Positions 7,149 through 15,457 are shown, numbered from the stretch's first letter. The stretch is DNA of 24,000 nucleotides from Candidatus Wolframiiraptor gerlachensis (GCA_021323375.2 JAJPCT020000025.1:1-24000), one strand, 5' to 3'. Notes: generated by a model not told the origin, from the sequence alone. Translations and numbers: made by a program.

Positions 7149-8612
7149 TTAGAGTGTTACCTTAAAGAACATTTGGAGGACCACGGCGATTATGAAGAAG
7201 CCGTAGAAGACTGATCCCATGGCGAGGATTATGTTGGTCACAATGCCCGGTCTAAGAGGCTTCGGCAAGATCCTGTTGCTGACTATCAGCTGTAGGATCG
7301 GCGCAAGCATCAGCGCGAGGAGCCCGAGAACGGCCCCGGTCGCTGAGAGGTGATAGGGCTCCGCCAGCTTATAGACCGTCGAGATGACGAGTATTATGAC
7401 CGATAATGCATAGATGGCGTAGACCACCGCGTAATACATCTTCCTCGGGTCTCCGCCGGTCATCTTCCTGACCCGCTCGCTCGCGAACCAGAAGTTGTCG
7501 GTTACTGTTCTCGCAACGGAGTCCATTATCCCCCACTGTGTATCGAAGAGGGCCCAGAAGCCTCCAAGTAGGACTATTACCCATGCTGCCCAGCCGAGAA
7601 CCGCTGAGAGCGCCTCTGCCTGAGCTGCTGCCACCTGAAAGCCCATTGGCGCGAGGCCTCTCGGCACGAGCAGGGCATATGCCATGACGCTTGTCAAGAT
7701 CACGGTCACCATTGTTATCCCGGAGAAGAATACATAGGAGTCGAGCCTAACTATCTTGAGCCATCCCCTCCATCTTCTTAAATTCTCCTGGTTATTCACC
7801 TCAAAGGGTATCTCGTCCGCCTTCAGCTCCACCTTGCTACCTCCTACGAGGCCTGAGATGTAACCGGCCTTGCTTCCCATACCCCAGCCCTTATCCCTGG
7901 CATAGCTGGAGATGAAGAGATTGAAGCCGAAGCCCGCTGGAATATACGCGATCGCCGCGGCGATCATATACCAGTTTATATCATTTTGCGGCGGGAAGCC
8001 GAGTCTCGGCCTTAGGAAGCCCCCGAATCCGCTTAGGACCTCGAGCCAAGCCTGCGGTGACGCGGCTATAACGACGCCAGCGATTATCGTGGCTACAAGA
8101 AGTATCAGTATAGGCCAGCTAACGAGCTCAAGAGTCCTCTGGATCTTCTTGCCGAAGTGTATCACGAGCAGCCCGACGGTTAGAGCCACTATGCCCCAGG
8201 CTAGGACAAGGTATGCGTCTTGCGGCCCTGGGAGGCGGCCGAGTTGCAGCGCTGTTATCGCGGTAGCGGAGGCTGCGGCCCACCCCGGCCAGATTACCGG
8301 GATGAATATGAGAAGTGTCCAGGCACATGCCCATGTAAGCGGGTTTGGGGGAAGCTTCTGGTAAGCCTTGTGAATCGGCTGACCACTATATACGGCGTAT
8401 TTCATCGACTCAACGGCGACAACCGCCTGTATTATGCAGGAGAGGAGGGCTGCCCAGAGCAGATATGGGCCATACTTCACGACAATTGCTGGAAAGAGGA
8501 TCCATTCGCCGCTTCCTATCGCCATTGATCCGAGGATGACTCCAGGGCCGACTGCCTTTAGATAGCTCCAGATTCCTGGCTTGGGAGGCTCGGGAAGAGC
8601 TTCCGACACCAT
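7149..8612 (-). CDS. Nramp-related (LeuT-fold) membrane transporter, non-canonical, substrate unknown
   Basis: 487 aa with about 11-12 TM segments. The N-terminal GPGVILGSMAIGSGEWILFP resembles the Nramp TM1 region (GPGfl...DPGN), but the DPGN motif is replaced by GSGE. Confidence 0.6.
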   Translation of the reverse strand: MVSEALPEPPKPGIWSYLKAVGPGVILGSMAIGSGEWILFPAIVVKYGPYLLWAALLSCIIQAVVAVESMKYAVYSGQPIHKAYQKLPPNPLTWACAWTLLIFIPVIWPGWAAASATAITALQLGRLPGPQDAYLVLAWGIVALTVGLLVIHFGKKIQRTLELVSWPILILLVATIIAGVVIAASPQAWLEVLSGFGGFLRPRLGFPPQNDINWYMIAAAIAYIPAGFGFNLFISSYARDKGWGMGSKAGYISGLVGGSKVELKADEIPFEVNNQENLRRWRGWLKIVRLDSYVFFSGITMVTVILTSVMAYALLVPRGLAPMGFQVAAAQAEALSAVLGWAAWVIVLLGGFWALFDTQWGIMDSVARTVTDNFWFASERVRKMTGGDPRKMYYAVVYAIYALSVIILVISTVYKLAEPYHLSATGAVLGLLALMLAPILQLIVSNRILPKPLRPGIVTNIILAMGSVFYGFFIIAVVLQMFFKVTL

Positions 8613-8760
8613 CCCACGACGCCTCGGATATGGGCTTAGATGCCCGGTTATAAGCGTTAATGCTTAAAAATGTGCTACGTTCCCCAACAATAATTCTCAA
8701 GGGCCGGGGAAACATTATTAGAGTTAAAAGCTGGCCGATCTCTTTTTAGGAGAGGGGTGT

Positions 8761-10443
8761 GTGAAGCTCGGGGAGAAGGTTCTCGTTACGGCGGCTCTCC
8801 CGTATTCCTATGCTCCTAGACATTTTGGCCACCTAGCTGGAGCCTATCTTCCAGCCGATATCTTTGCTAGGTTTAAGCGGATGAGGGGGGCCGAGGTTGT
8901 CTATGTCTGCGGGACGGATGAGAATGCGAGCAGCATAGTGATAGAGGCTATGAGGAGGGGAATGACGCCGAAGGAGCTCTGCGACATGTATTACCCGATC
9001 CAGAAGGAGGTCTTCGAGAAGCTGGGGATAAGTTTCGACATCTTCTCTAGGACGAGCAAGCCCATACATTATCAGGTTGTCAGGGAGTTTTATCTAAGGC
9101 TCTGGGAGAAGGGATACGTCTACCCGAAGGTGATTAAGCAGTGGTGGTGCCCGAACTGCAAGATCTTCCTCCCTGACAGGTTCGTGGTCGGCACGTGTCC
9201 GAGATGCGGCGCGCCCGGCCAGTATGGCGACGTCTGCGAGGTCTGCGGATCATGGTATGAATCCTTCGAGATAATAGATCCCAAGTGCTCGCTATGCAGG
9301 TCAAGGCCCGAGATAAGGGAGAAGACCCATTTCTTCCTCAAGTTAAGCGCCCTGACAGAGAAGGTCCTCGAGTATGTTAGGGATAAGAAGTTCTGGAGGA
9401 AGGCCACATATAACAAGACCATCGCCTGGCTCGAGAAGGAGGGGCTGAGGGACAAGGATATTACAAGGGATTATAGCTGGGGGCCTCCAGCGCCATTCCC
9501 CGGAGCCGAGGGCCAGGTGATCTATAATTGGGCCGAGAACCTCCTCGGATACATCTCAGCGACTAGGGATTGGGCCGAGAATATTGTGGGCGACCCTGAG
9601 AGGTGGAAGAGCTTCTGGATGGATAAGAATGTCAAGTTATACTGCTTCATCGGTAAGGATAACCTCTTTTTCCACACAATCCTCTTCCCGGCGCTCCTCA
9701 TCGCCCATGGAGAGTACATACTGCCATACAACGTGGTTGTCAACGAGTTCGTGAATCTAGAGGGCGAGAAGCTCTCAACCAGCCGTGGATGGGTTGTCTG
9801 GCTCCATGAACTGCTCGAGAGATACGATCCCGACGTGATCAGGTATTATGCAGCGGCAATAGCCCCCGAGACGAGGGACACGGACTTCAAGTGGCAGGAC
9901 TTCGCCGAGAAGATAAACGGCGAGCTCATCGGCACATATGGAAACTTCGTCCACAGGGTTCTAAGCTTCACCTATTCCAAGATGGGCGGGGTCATCCCAC
10001 AGCCCGGGGAGATGGATAAGCGGGATGAGGAGATGCTTAGCCGGAGGATAGAGTATGCGAGGATGCTCGAGGAGCATATTGAGGCATGCGAGTTCAGGAA
10101 GGGGCTGAGGACCATCCTCGACCTAGCGCAGGAAGGCAACGCTTACATGAATGAGAAGGCGCCATGGAGTAATCCGGAGAAGGCCAGGACGCCTGTTTAC
10201 GTGCTCTGCCAGGTGGTCTACTCGCTGGCAGTCATCTCGGCGCCCTACCTCCCATTCACTGCCCAGAGGATCCTCGATTACATGAATACTGGGAAAAGAG
10301 TGTCAGAGCTTAGATGGAGTGATGCCGAGGCCATGATACCGCCGGGGCACAGGATAAACGAGCCTAAACCCCTCTTCAGAAAAATAACAAGTGAGGAGGT
10401 TGAGGAGCAGGTGCGGAAGCTTTTTGAGAGATTAAAAAAATAG
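8761..10443 (+). CDS. metG: Methionyl-tRNA synthetase (short form, no C-terminal Trbp111-like domain)
   Basis: 560 aa with a GTG start. It has a HIGH-type motif (PRHFGHLAG), a KMSKS-type motif (KLSTSRG), and zinc knuckles CPNC/CPRC/CEVC/CSLC in the connective peptide. Confidence 0.93.
   Translation: MKLGEKVLVTAALPYSYAPRHFGHLAGAYLPADIFARFKRMRGAEVVYVCGTDENASSIVIEAMRRGMTPKELCDMYYPIQKEVFEKLGISFDIFSRTSKPIHYQVVREFYLRLWEKGYVYPKVIKQWWCPNCKIFLPDRFVVGTCPRCGAPGQYGDVCEVCGSWYESFEIIDPKCSLCRSRPEIREKTHFFLKLSALTEKVLEYVRDKKFWRKATYNKTIAWLEKEGLRDKDITRDYSWGPPAPFPGAEGQVIYNWAENLLGYISATRDWAENIVGDPERWKSFWMDKNVKLYCFIGKDNLFFHTILFPALLIAHGEYILPYNVVVNEFVNLEGEKLSTSRGWVVWLHELLERYDPDVIRYYAAAIAPETRDTDFKWQDFAEKINGELIGTYGNFVHRVLSFTYSKMGGVIPQPGEMDKRDEEMLSRRIEYARMLEEHIEACEFRKGLRTILDLAQEGNAYMNEKAPWSNPEKARTPVYVLCQVVYSLAVISAPYLPFTAQRILDYMNTGKRVSELRWSDAEAMIPPGHRINEPKPLFRKITSEEVEEQVRKLFERLKK
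10434..10440 (-). terminator. Oligo-T tract (T7 on the minus strand) 4 nt after the ftsZ stop, embedded in the last codons of convergent metG
   Basis: Plus-strand aaaaaaa at 10434-10440 encodes the metG C-terminal KK. Archaeal RNAP terminates at oligo-T runs. The reciprocal ttttatt at 10455-10461 lies just inside the ftsZ 3' end on the plus strand. Confidence 0.4.
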
Positions 10444-10444
10444 T

Positions 10445-11497
10445 TTAGATGGATTTTATTCCAAGGTCCTCGAGTATCTCCTCTATCTCGTCCTCCTCCA
10501 GCGGCTTCGGCTCCTCCTTTGCCTTGAGGAGCTCTGTGCTCTCGACGCCTGTCAAGATTAGCGAGACCTCGAGCGTTGAGTCGAGCGAGCTGTCTATCCT
10601 CGCGCCCCAGATCACCAGCGCCTCCTCGCCCATGAGCTCCGAGACTATCTCAGCCGGCCTCGCCGCCTCGCTAAGCTTCATGTCATCGCCGCCCGAGACA
10701 TGGATTATCGCGCCCGACAAGCCCTCATAGGTTATGTCGAGGAGTGGGCACTGGAGGGCCATGAAGGTCGCCTCCTCAGCCCTATTCGGCGTCGATGACT
10801 TCCCTATCCCAAGGGCCGCAAGCTTCCCCCTGCTCATAATGGTCTTAAAGTCCGCGTAGTCTATGTTTATCAGGCTGGGCTTGGCGATCGACTCCGTTAT
10901 GCTCAGCACCATATTGCTTATCACCTCATCCGCGAGGCTGAATGCTGCCTTCAAGCTATACTGCGGATAGAGCTCGAGCAGCTTGTTATTGTCTATCGCG
11001 ACAACTGTGTGGCATTTCTCCCGCATGTCCTCAAGGCCCTTCAACGCGATCCTCTTCCTCACGTTCCCCTCGAACTTGAATGGAAGCGTGACGACCCCTA
11101 TCACGATCGCTCCAAGCTCCCTAGCTATCTCGGCGACGAGGGGCGCTCCGCCGGTTCCGGTGCCGCCGCCGAGGCCCGCCGACACGAATACTATGTCCGA
11201 GCCCTCCAGCGCCGCCCTGACCTCGTCTATGGACTCCTCTACAGCAGCTCTCCCGAGCTCCGGGTTTCCGCCCGTCCCCCGGAACTTCGTCGTACCCTTG
11301 CCAAGGAGGATCTTCTCGTGAGCGTTGATGAGCTCCAGGTGCTGTGCATCAGTGTTCGCAGCCACGATCTTTACTCCCTTCAACTTCATCGCGAGAACTC
11401 TATCAGCGGTGTTGCAGCCAGCTCCTCCAACGCCTATCAGCGTTATCTTCACGTCATCGGAGAAGTCTCTCCCAAAGAGAAGTAGGTCGTCATTCAC
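10445..11497 (-). CDS. ftsZ: Cell division protein FtsZ (tubulin/FtsZ GTPase)
   Basis: 350 aa with a GTG start. Motifs are GVGGAGCNTADRV, NTDAQHL, the tubulin signature GGGTGTGGAP, a T7-loop-like AIDNNKL, and an acidic C-terminal linker ending in a short conserved-peptide-like tail (EEILEDLGIKSI). Confidence 0.92.
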   Translation of the reverse strand: MNDDLLLFGRDFSDDVKITLIGVGGAGCNTADRVLAMKLKGVKIVAANTDAQHLELINAHEKILLGKGTTKFRGTGGNPELGRAAVEESIDEVRAALEGSDIVFVSAGLGGGTGTGGAPLVAEIARELGAIVIGVVTLPFKFEGNVRKRIALKGLEDMREKCHTVVAIDNNKLLELYPQYSLKAAFSLADEVISNMVLSITESIAKPSLINIDYADFKTIMSRGKLAALGIGKSSTPNRAEEATFMALQCPLLDITYEGLSGAIIHVSGGDDMKLSEAARPAEIVSELMGEEALVIWGARIDSSLDSTLEVSLILTGVESTELLKAKEEPKPLEEDEIEEILEDLGIKSI

Positions 11498-11636
11498 CCC
11501 TCATTGCCTCCTCCATTATGAAATCTCTAATAGCCATTCTAATTGCCTCAGCCCGGTTTGGGTAAAGCCTTTTCCTAACCAATTGATCTATTGCCTCTAT
11601 GTATGCTTCTGGGAGATGAACTGTTACAACCCTCAC
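11490..11636 (-). CDS. 48-aa ribbon-helix-helix (CopG/Arc/MetJ-type) DNA-binding protein, CdrS-like; not in the supplied ORF track
   Basis: GTG at 11636 is preceded by GGAGGTGGTG. The translation is MRVVTVHLPEAYIEAIDQLVRKRLYPNRAEAIRMAIRDFIMEEAMRGE. Its layout is strand (RVVTVHLP), helix, turn (YPNRAE), helix, which is the RHH signature. The TGA stop overlaps the ftsZ GTG (GTGAATGA, 8-nt overlap). Confidence 0.7.
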   Translation of the reverse strand: MRVVTVHLPEAYIEAIDQLVRKRLYPNRAEAIRMAIRDFIMEEAMRGE

Positions 11637-11799
11637 CCCCACCACCTCCTGACAGGGGAGGGGGCGTGTTTGGAGATAAAGCCGTTAGTAATACAGGCGT
11701 ATGTGTTTGGGCGGTGTTATGACTATGTTAAGCCCCTAACTTGATATCAAAAAATGATTAAAACTTGCCTGGCCAACAGCTTAGATCGCCGGAGGTGAG

Positions 11800-12243
11800 T
11801 TGCTGATAATCGGAAAATATAGGAGGATCGAGCTTCTCGAAGAATTCGAGGAGCTAGTCGAGAACCTTAGAAGGGATTCTGAGGATGGTGTTCCGATAAT
11901 TGTCGAGGGCGAGAGAGACGTTAGAAGCCTCAGGATCCTCGGGATCATGGGCGAGATAATACCGGTCAAATCCATCAGGGGGCTGAGGAGAAGGCTTGAG
12001 GCGAAAGATGTTAAAAGCGTGATCCTATTATTCGACTTAGATCAAGAGGGCGAGAAGCTGATGAGGCTGGTTAAGAGGAGTTTGGAGGGCGTTGTCGGCG
12101 AGATAAACACGAGATACTGGCTCAGGCTAAAGACATTCAAGAAGCTGGGATTCACGCAGGTGGAGCATCTTCACCTTGTTCCTGAGAAGATTCGGGCTCC
12201 CTCTCGCGGCGAAGAAGCCCCCTCAAGGCGAAGAAGAGGTTGA
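11800..12243 (+). CDS. Small Toprim-domain protein (UPF0292 / RNase M5-like family)
   Basis: 147 aa with a TTG start directly after GGAGGTGA. It carries the Toprim acidic motifs IIVEGERD and ILLFDLDQEGEKL. The C-terminal ~30 aa is low-complexity and overlaps the convergent signal peptidase gene. Confidence 0.7.
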   Translation: MLIIGKYRRIELLEEFEELVENLRRDSEDGVPIIVEGERDVRSLRILGIMGEIIPVKSIRGLRRRLEAKDVKSVILLFDLDQEGEKLMRLVKRSLEGVVGEINTRYWLRLKTFKKLGFTQVEHLHLVPEKIRAPSRGEEAPSRRRRG

Positions 12244-12700
12244 TGGCTATTAGGCCGACGAGAAGAAGCATTCCATATGGTGGATAGATCTCGCCCGAAA
12301 GGAATAGTGATAGATATCCTATCCCGGTCCAGTATGGTATCTTGAAGCCCGTCCATTTTCCAACGATACTCCTGTATGGGATTGGAGACCATGGATCAAT
12401 TCCAGCATTCGCGTCGCCCCTCGTATATACCCCCTCCTCTGTTATATGGACAACCCTATGAACCACGAGGTTTCCATACCAGGGGTTCCAGAAGACTATC
12501 ACGTCTCCCACCTTTATGTCCTCGGGGCTGGCCGGCTCTATTACTATCACGTCCCCGACCCTTAGCGTCGGCTCCATGCTCCCCGACTTGACGACCAGCA
12601 GCGGCGTAATATTTCCAGAAACCCTGTAGACGATCACCATCAATAGTAGCAGGGTTAGTATTATGAGGGCAATGTCGGCCGCCGAGATCCGCCGAGCCAT
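12152..12700 (-). CDS. Signal peptidase I, archaeal/ER Sec11 type (S26B)
   Basis: It has an N-terminal TM anchor, the catalytic Ser motif KSGSMEPTL, the His box LVVHRVV and a GDAN box, plus a C-terminal TM segment. The preferred start is ATG 12700 (MARRISAAD...), with aggggatga 5 nt upstream and 16 nt after the upstream stop. The track start at 12796 would overlap the preceding gene by 80 nt. Confidence 0.88.
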   Translation of the reverse strand: MARRISAADIALIILTLLLLMVIVYRVSGNITPLLVVKSGSMEPTLRVGDVIVIEPASPEDIKVGDVIVFWNPWYGNLVVHRVVHITEEGVYTRGDANAGIDPWSPIPYRSIVGKWTGFKIPYWTGIGYLSLFLSGEIYPPYGMLLLVGLIAINLFFALRGLLRREREPESSQEQGEDAPPA

Positions 12701-12716
12701 GATATCATCCCCTTCT

Positions 12717-15431
12717 CTAGATCCTTGGAGCCCTTCTAACCCTCCTCGGCTCCCTCCTAGGTTGCTGCCTTCCACGTGGAAGCCTTGAGATCGCATAGCC
12801 CGAAATCATGAGGTTTATGGCGCTCGCCACGATCGTCATCTCGAAACCCATCTTGTATGGGGCCGGGCGCAGAAAGCTCAACGACTTCGACTTCTCAACA
12901 GTAAGCCTGAAGCCATATGTCTCGTTGCCTATTTTTAGGATGGCATTATAGTTCTCTGCTGCTGGCAGTAGCAGCCTAATTGTCCCATCAGCTCCGCTAA
13001 CCGCCTCAGCTATCACGTCCATCTCATCCTCGACGATGAGACTTGCGCCGCCAACTGCCCTTCCATCCGGATTCCTCACCAAGATCTCAACAGGATAAAT
13101 CGTAGAGTATATCGTGAGACCCAGCATTGATTTCTCCAGATACGTGTTAAAGAGGCCAGCATTCCTTCCCCTATACTTTATCTCAACCCTGACATCTCCC
13201 TCGGGGAGCCTCTCGAGTATCTTGTTTTTCTCAGCTAGGTTATATGTCTCGAGCAGCATGTTGTTGACGTAGAGCATGGCTAACCCCTCTTCTAGGGGCT
13301 TTCCATCACCTCTAAGGATCCCAGCCTCAAAGCTGTGGACAGAACATGTTATCGCCACCTTCATATCGTCCCTGACGAGATCTATCTCGCTCGGCTCGAT
13401 CTGGAGCTTTATACCCCTATAGAACGCCGCGATGCTAAGAGTTATGTTTGGCAGGTTCTTGAAGACTGCCCGTCCATCCTCGCCTATATCGCCCTCAAAC
13501 TCGTATTCGCCGAAGGAGACTACTGCTCTGCCCTGATCCAAGGACTTCTTATCGGAATCGAGGAATATGAGCTCGAGATCAAGCACCCCGGGGGCCTTAA
13601 GCTCGAGGAGCCTATTCTCTGGCGAGATCTCCACATAATCCTCCAAGACCTTGAAGCCATAATATGTCACGATTAGGCTATACTCACCGAGCGGCAGATC
13701 TCCTACAAGCAGGGTTCCATTCCCGAGATACCTGCCCGACCTAGAGAATTTCCCATGCATGAGTGTGAGTGATATGTTTCCGAGGGCTGCCTCCCCATCC
13801 CTATCAAATATCTTGAAGTATATGTTTCTCAAGAAGAGCCTCATCATTATGCTCTTATCAGCGGTCAGGTCTATGGTCTCTACCCCAGTGGGCATCCCAT
13901 CAATATAGGCCTCGAGCCTATATGTTAGCGGGAGCAATCTTCCGGGCGACCCCCGGCCATCCACACCAGTCTTGAATGACGTGATTCTCCCGACACCCTC
14001 GAGCACCACGACTATATCGGCGCTCACAGGCTCATCATCCAAGTTCATGGTTGTGATGTTCAGCCTGTAGCCCTTCATGTTCAGCCACAGGACCTGATTT
14101 TCCTCGATTATCCTCAGGCCCTCAGCCCTGAAAACCTCCCTCCCCGAGTAGAAGAGGGATGCTACATATTCGTCGAACTTGGGGACGTTCATTATGCTCG
14201 CCTCCCAGTCCTTTGTCTGGAACTCGAATCTCAGGCCCGGTGCCCTCAGCTCCCCCACGAGGGACTTGGTGATAGAGGCGTTCATAATGGCCGATGCGTT
14301 CACCCTTATCTCGATATCATAGAACCAAGCTTTCACAGTACCCTCGGCCGACTCATCCTTGACCTCATACTTGCCAGAGTATACTGTTATTTCTCCGAGC
14401 ATTATCTTGAGATCATAGTTCTCGAATGGGGTGTGACCGAAGCGGATGACGCCGTTCTCGGATGAGGCTGACCCAACCTCACGACCATCCTTAAACAGCT
14501 TCCCGGCGAAAGTATAATCCTTTAGAATATCCTCGCCATCATAATCCATCACCGTGATATTGAGCTTGATCGCGTTAACAACTATCTTCTCCAAGACATC
14601 ATCATTGAGAACCTTGATTTCCCTCTCGCTCGACGTATATACTGTTATGCCCTTGAGCCTAGCAATGACATAATACTCGGTATTTGTCGGGATCAGCTTC
14701 ATTGTAGCCAAACCATTAGAATCGCTCGTCGCAGTCGCCGCAGGGCTCTTACCAAGCTCCTCCCTAAGCTCAACCTCAACACCCTCGACAGGAGAACCTT
14801 TCCTATCAACAATAGATAGCGACACCCTATAAAGGGGAAGGACTAATTTGGTCGCCTTCTCACGTGGAACTGGTTCGGCTCCAAGTGAGTAGTTATTCTT
14901 CCTGAACTCCACTATAACATCGTAATTTGAGTCAGATGGAATCGGGCCAAACTCCACCTTTCCACCCGAGTCCGTCGAGCCCGAATACTTTATTGTGTTA
15001 TTTGCTTTGTGAATTAAGAAGACTTTCGCGCCAGGGACAGGATCCCTCTCCTTCTTATCATAAACATATATCGTCCACTTGCTCATCACATTAACAGTAA
15101 TGTTCATTGATAGCGACACATTACTCATGACGATGCTATCACTTCCCACTAGATGTCCGGCTGGATAGTAAACATGAATAACATATGTCTGATTTAGACT
15201 TAAATCGGTAAAAGAAACTGCTCCGTCAGAGCCCGTCCTTTTTACGGCTTCTATGGTTTCATTCCTCAGTAGTTTTACGTAGGCATTTGCAAGAGGTTTC
15301 CCATCCATTGTATAGACCTTGATCTTTAGAGTTGGGCCGTCTTGAGCATGAGTAGGGGTTATAAGGTTTATCAAGAGTAGGAATGTGAGAAGGACAAGCA
15401 CCGCTAGTGCGATCTCTCTAGCTAATCGCAT
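12717..15431 (-). CDS. Large secreted, membrane-anchored envelope protein built from about 10 tandem carboxypeptidase-regulatory-like (transthyretin-like beta-sandwich) domains; candidate S-layer or surface protein
   Basis: 904 aa. The N-terminal signal peptide is MRLAREIALAVLVLLTFLLLINLITPTHA/QDG. A repeated ~85-90 aa pattern recurs (e.g. KIKVYTMDGKPLANAYVKLL...TGSDGAVSF; VYVYDKKERDPVPGAKVFL...TDSGGKVEF; LSIVDRKGSPVEGVEVEL...SDSNGLATM; ILVRNPDGRAVGGASLIV...SGADGTIRL). There are many N-x-S/T sequons. The C-terminus has a TM helix plus an Arg-rich tail (RLPRGRQQPRREPRRVRRAPRI). Confidence 0.7.
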   Translation of the reverse strand: MRLAREIALAVLVLLTFLLLINLITPTHAQDGPTLKIKVYTMDGKPLANAYVKLLRNETIEAVKRTGSDGAVSFTDLSLNQTYVIHVYYPAGHLVGSDSIVMSNVSLSMNITVNVMSKWTIYVYDKKERDPVPGAKVFLIHKANNTIKYSGSTDSGGKVEFGPIPSDSNYDVIVEFRKNNYSLGAEPVPREKATKLVLPLYRVSLSIVDRKGSPVEGVEVELREELGKSPAATATSDSNGLATMKLIPTNTEYYVIARLKGITVYTSSEREIKVLNDDVLEKIVVNAIKLNITVMDYDGEDILKDYTFAGKLFKDGREVGSASSENGVIRFGHTPFENYDLKIMLGEITVYSGKYEVKDESAEGTVKAWFYDIEIRVNASAIMNASITKSLVGELRAPGLRFEFQTKDWEASIMNVPKFDEYVASLFYSGREVFRAEGLRIIEENQVLWLNMKGYRLNITTMNLDDEPVSADIVVVLEGVGRITSFKTGVDGRGSPGRLLPLTYRLEAYIDGMPTGVETIDLTADKSIMMRLFLRNIYFKIFDRDGEAALGNISLTLMHGKFSRSGRYLGNGTLLVGDLPLGEYSLIVTYYGFKVLEDYVEISPENRLLELKAPGVLDLELIFLDSDKKSLDQGRAVVSFGEYEFEGDIGEDGRAVFKNLPNITLSIAAFYRGIKLQIEPSEIDLVRDDMKVAITCSVHSFEAGILRGDGKPLEEGLAMLYVNNMLLETYNLAEKNKILERLPEGDVRVEIKYRGRNAGLFNTYLEKSMLGLTIYSTIYPVEILVRNPDGRAVGGASLIVEDEMDVIAEAVSGADGTIRLLLPAAENYNAILKIGNETYGFRLTVEKSKSLSFLRPAPYKMGFEMTIVASAINLMISGYAISRLPRGRQQPRREPRRVRRAPRI

Positions 15432-15457
15432 CTCTGTTTTCTTAATAGTTTTCGGCT

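Noticed and set aside
7369-8715. A cluster of overlapping 64-150-aa ORFs on both strands within the Nramp-like gene
   Set aside because: They are arginine/proline-rich frame-shifted translations of a G/C-rich membrane-protein gene. The 487-aa frame has a coherent TM-helix pattern, and these do not.
10449-11744. A stack of plus-strand ORFs (93-158 aa) antisense to ftsZ and the RHH gene
   Set aside because: Same reasoning as above. They are S/P/A-rich shadow ORFs opposite a strongly supported gene, and they have no start-site context or motifs.
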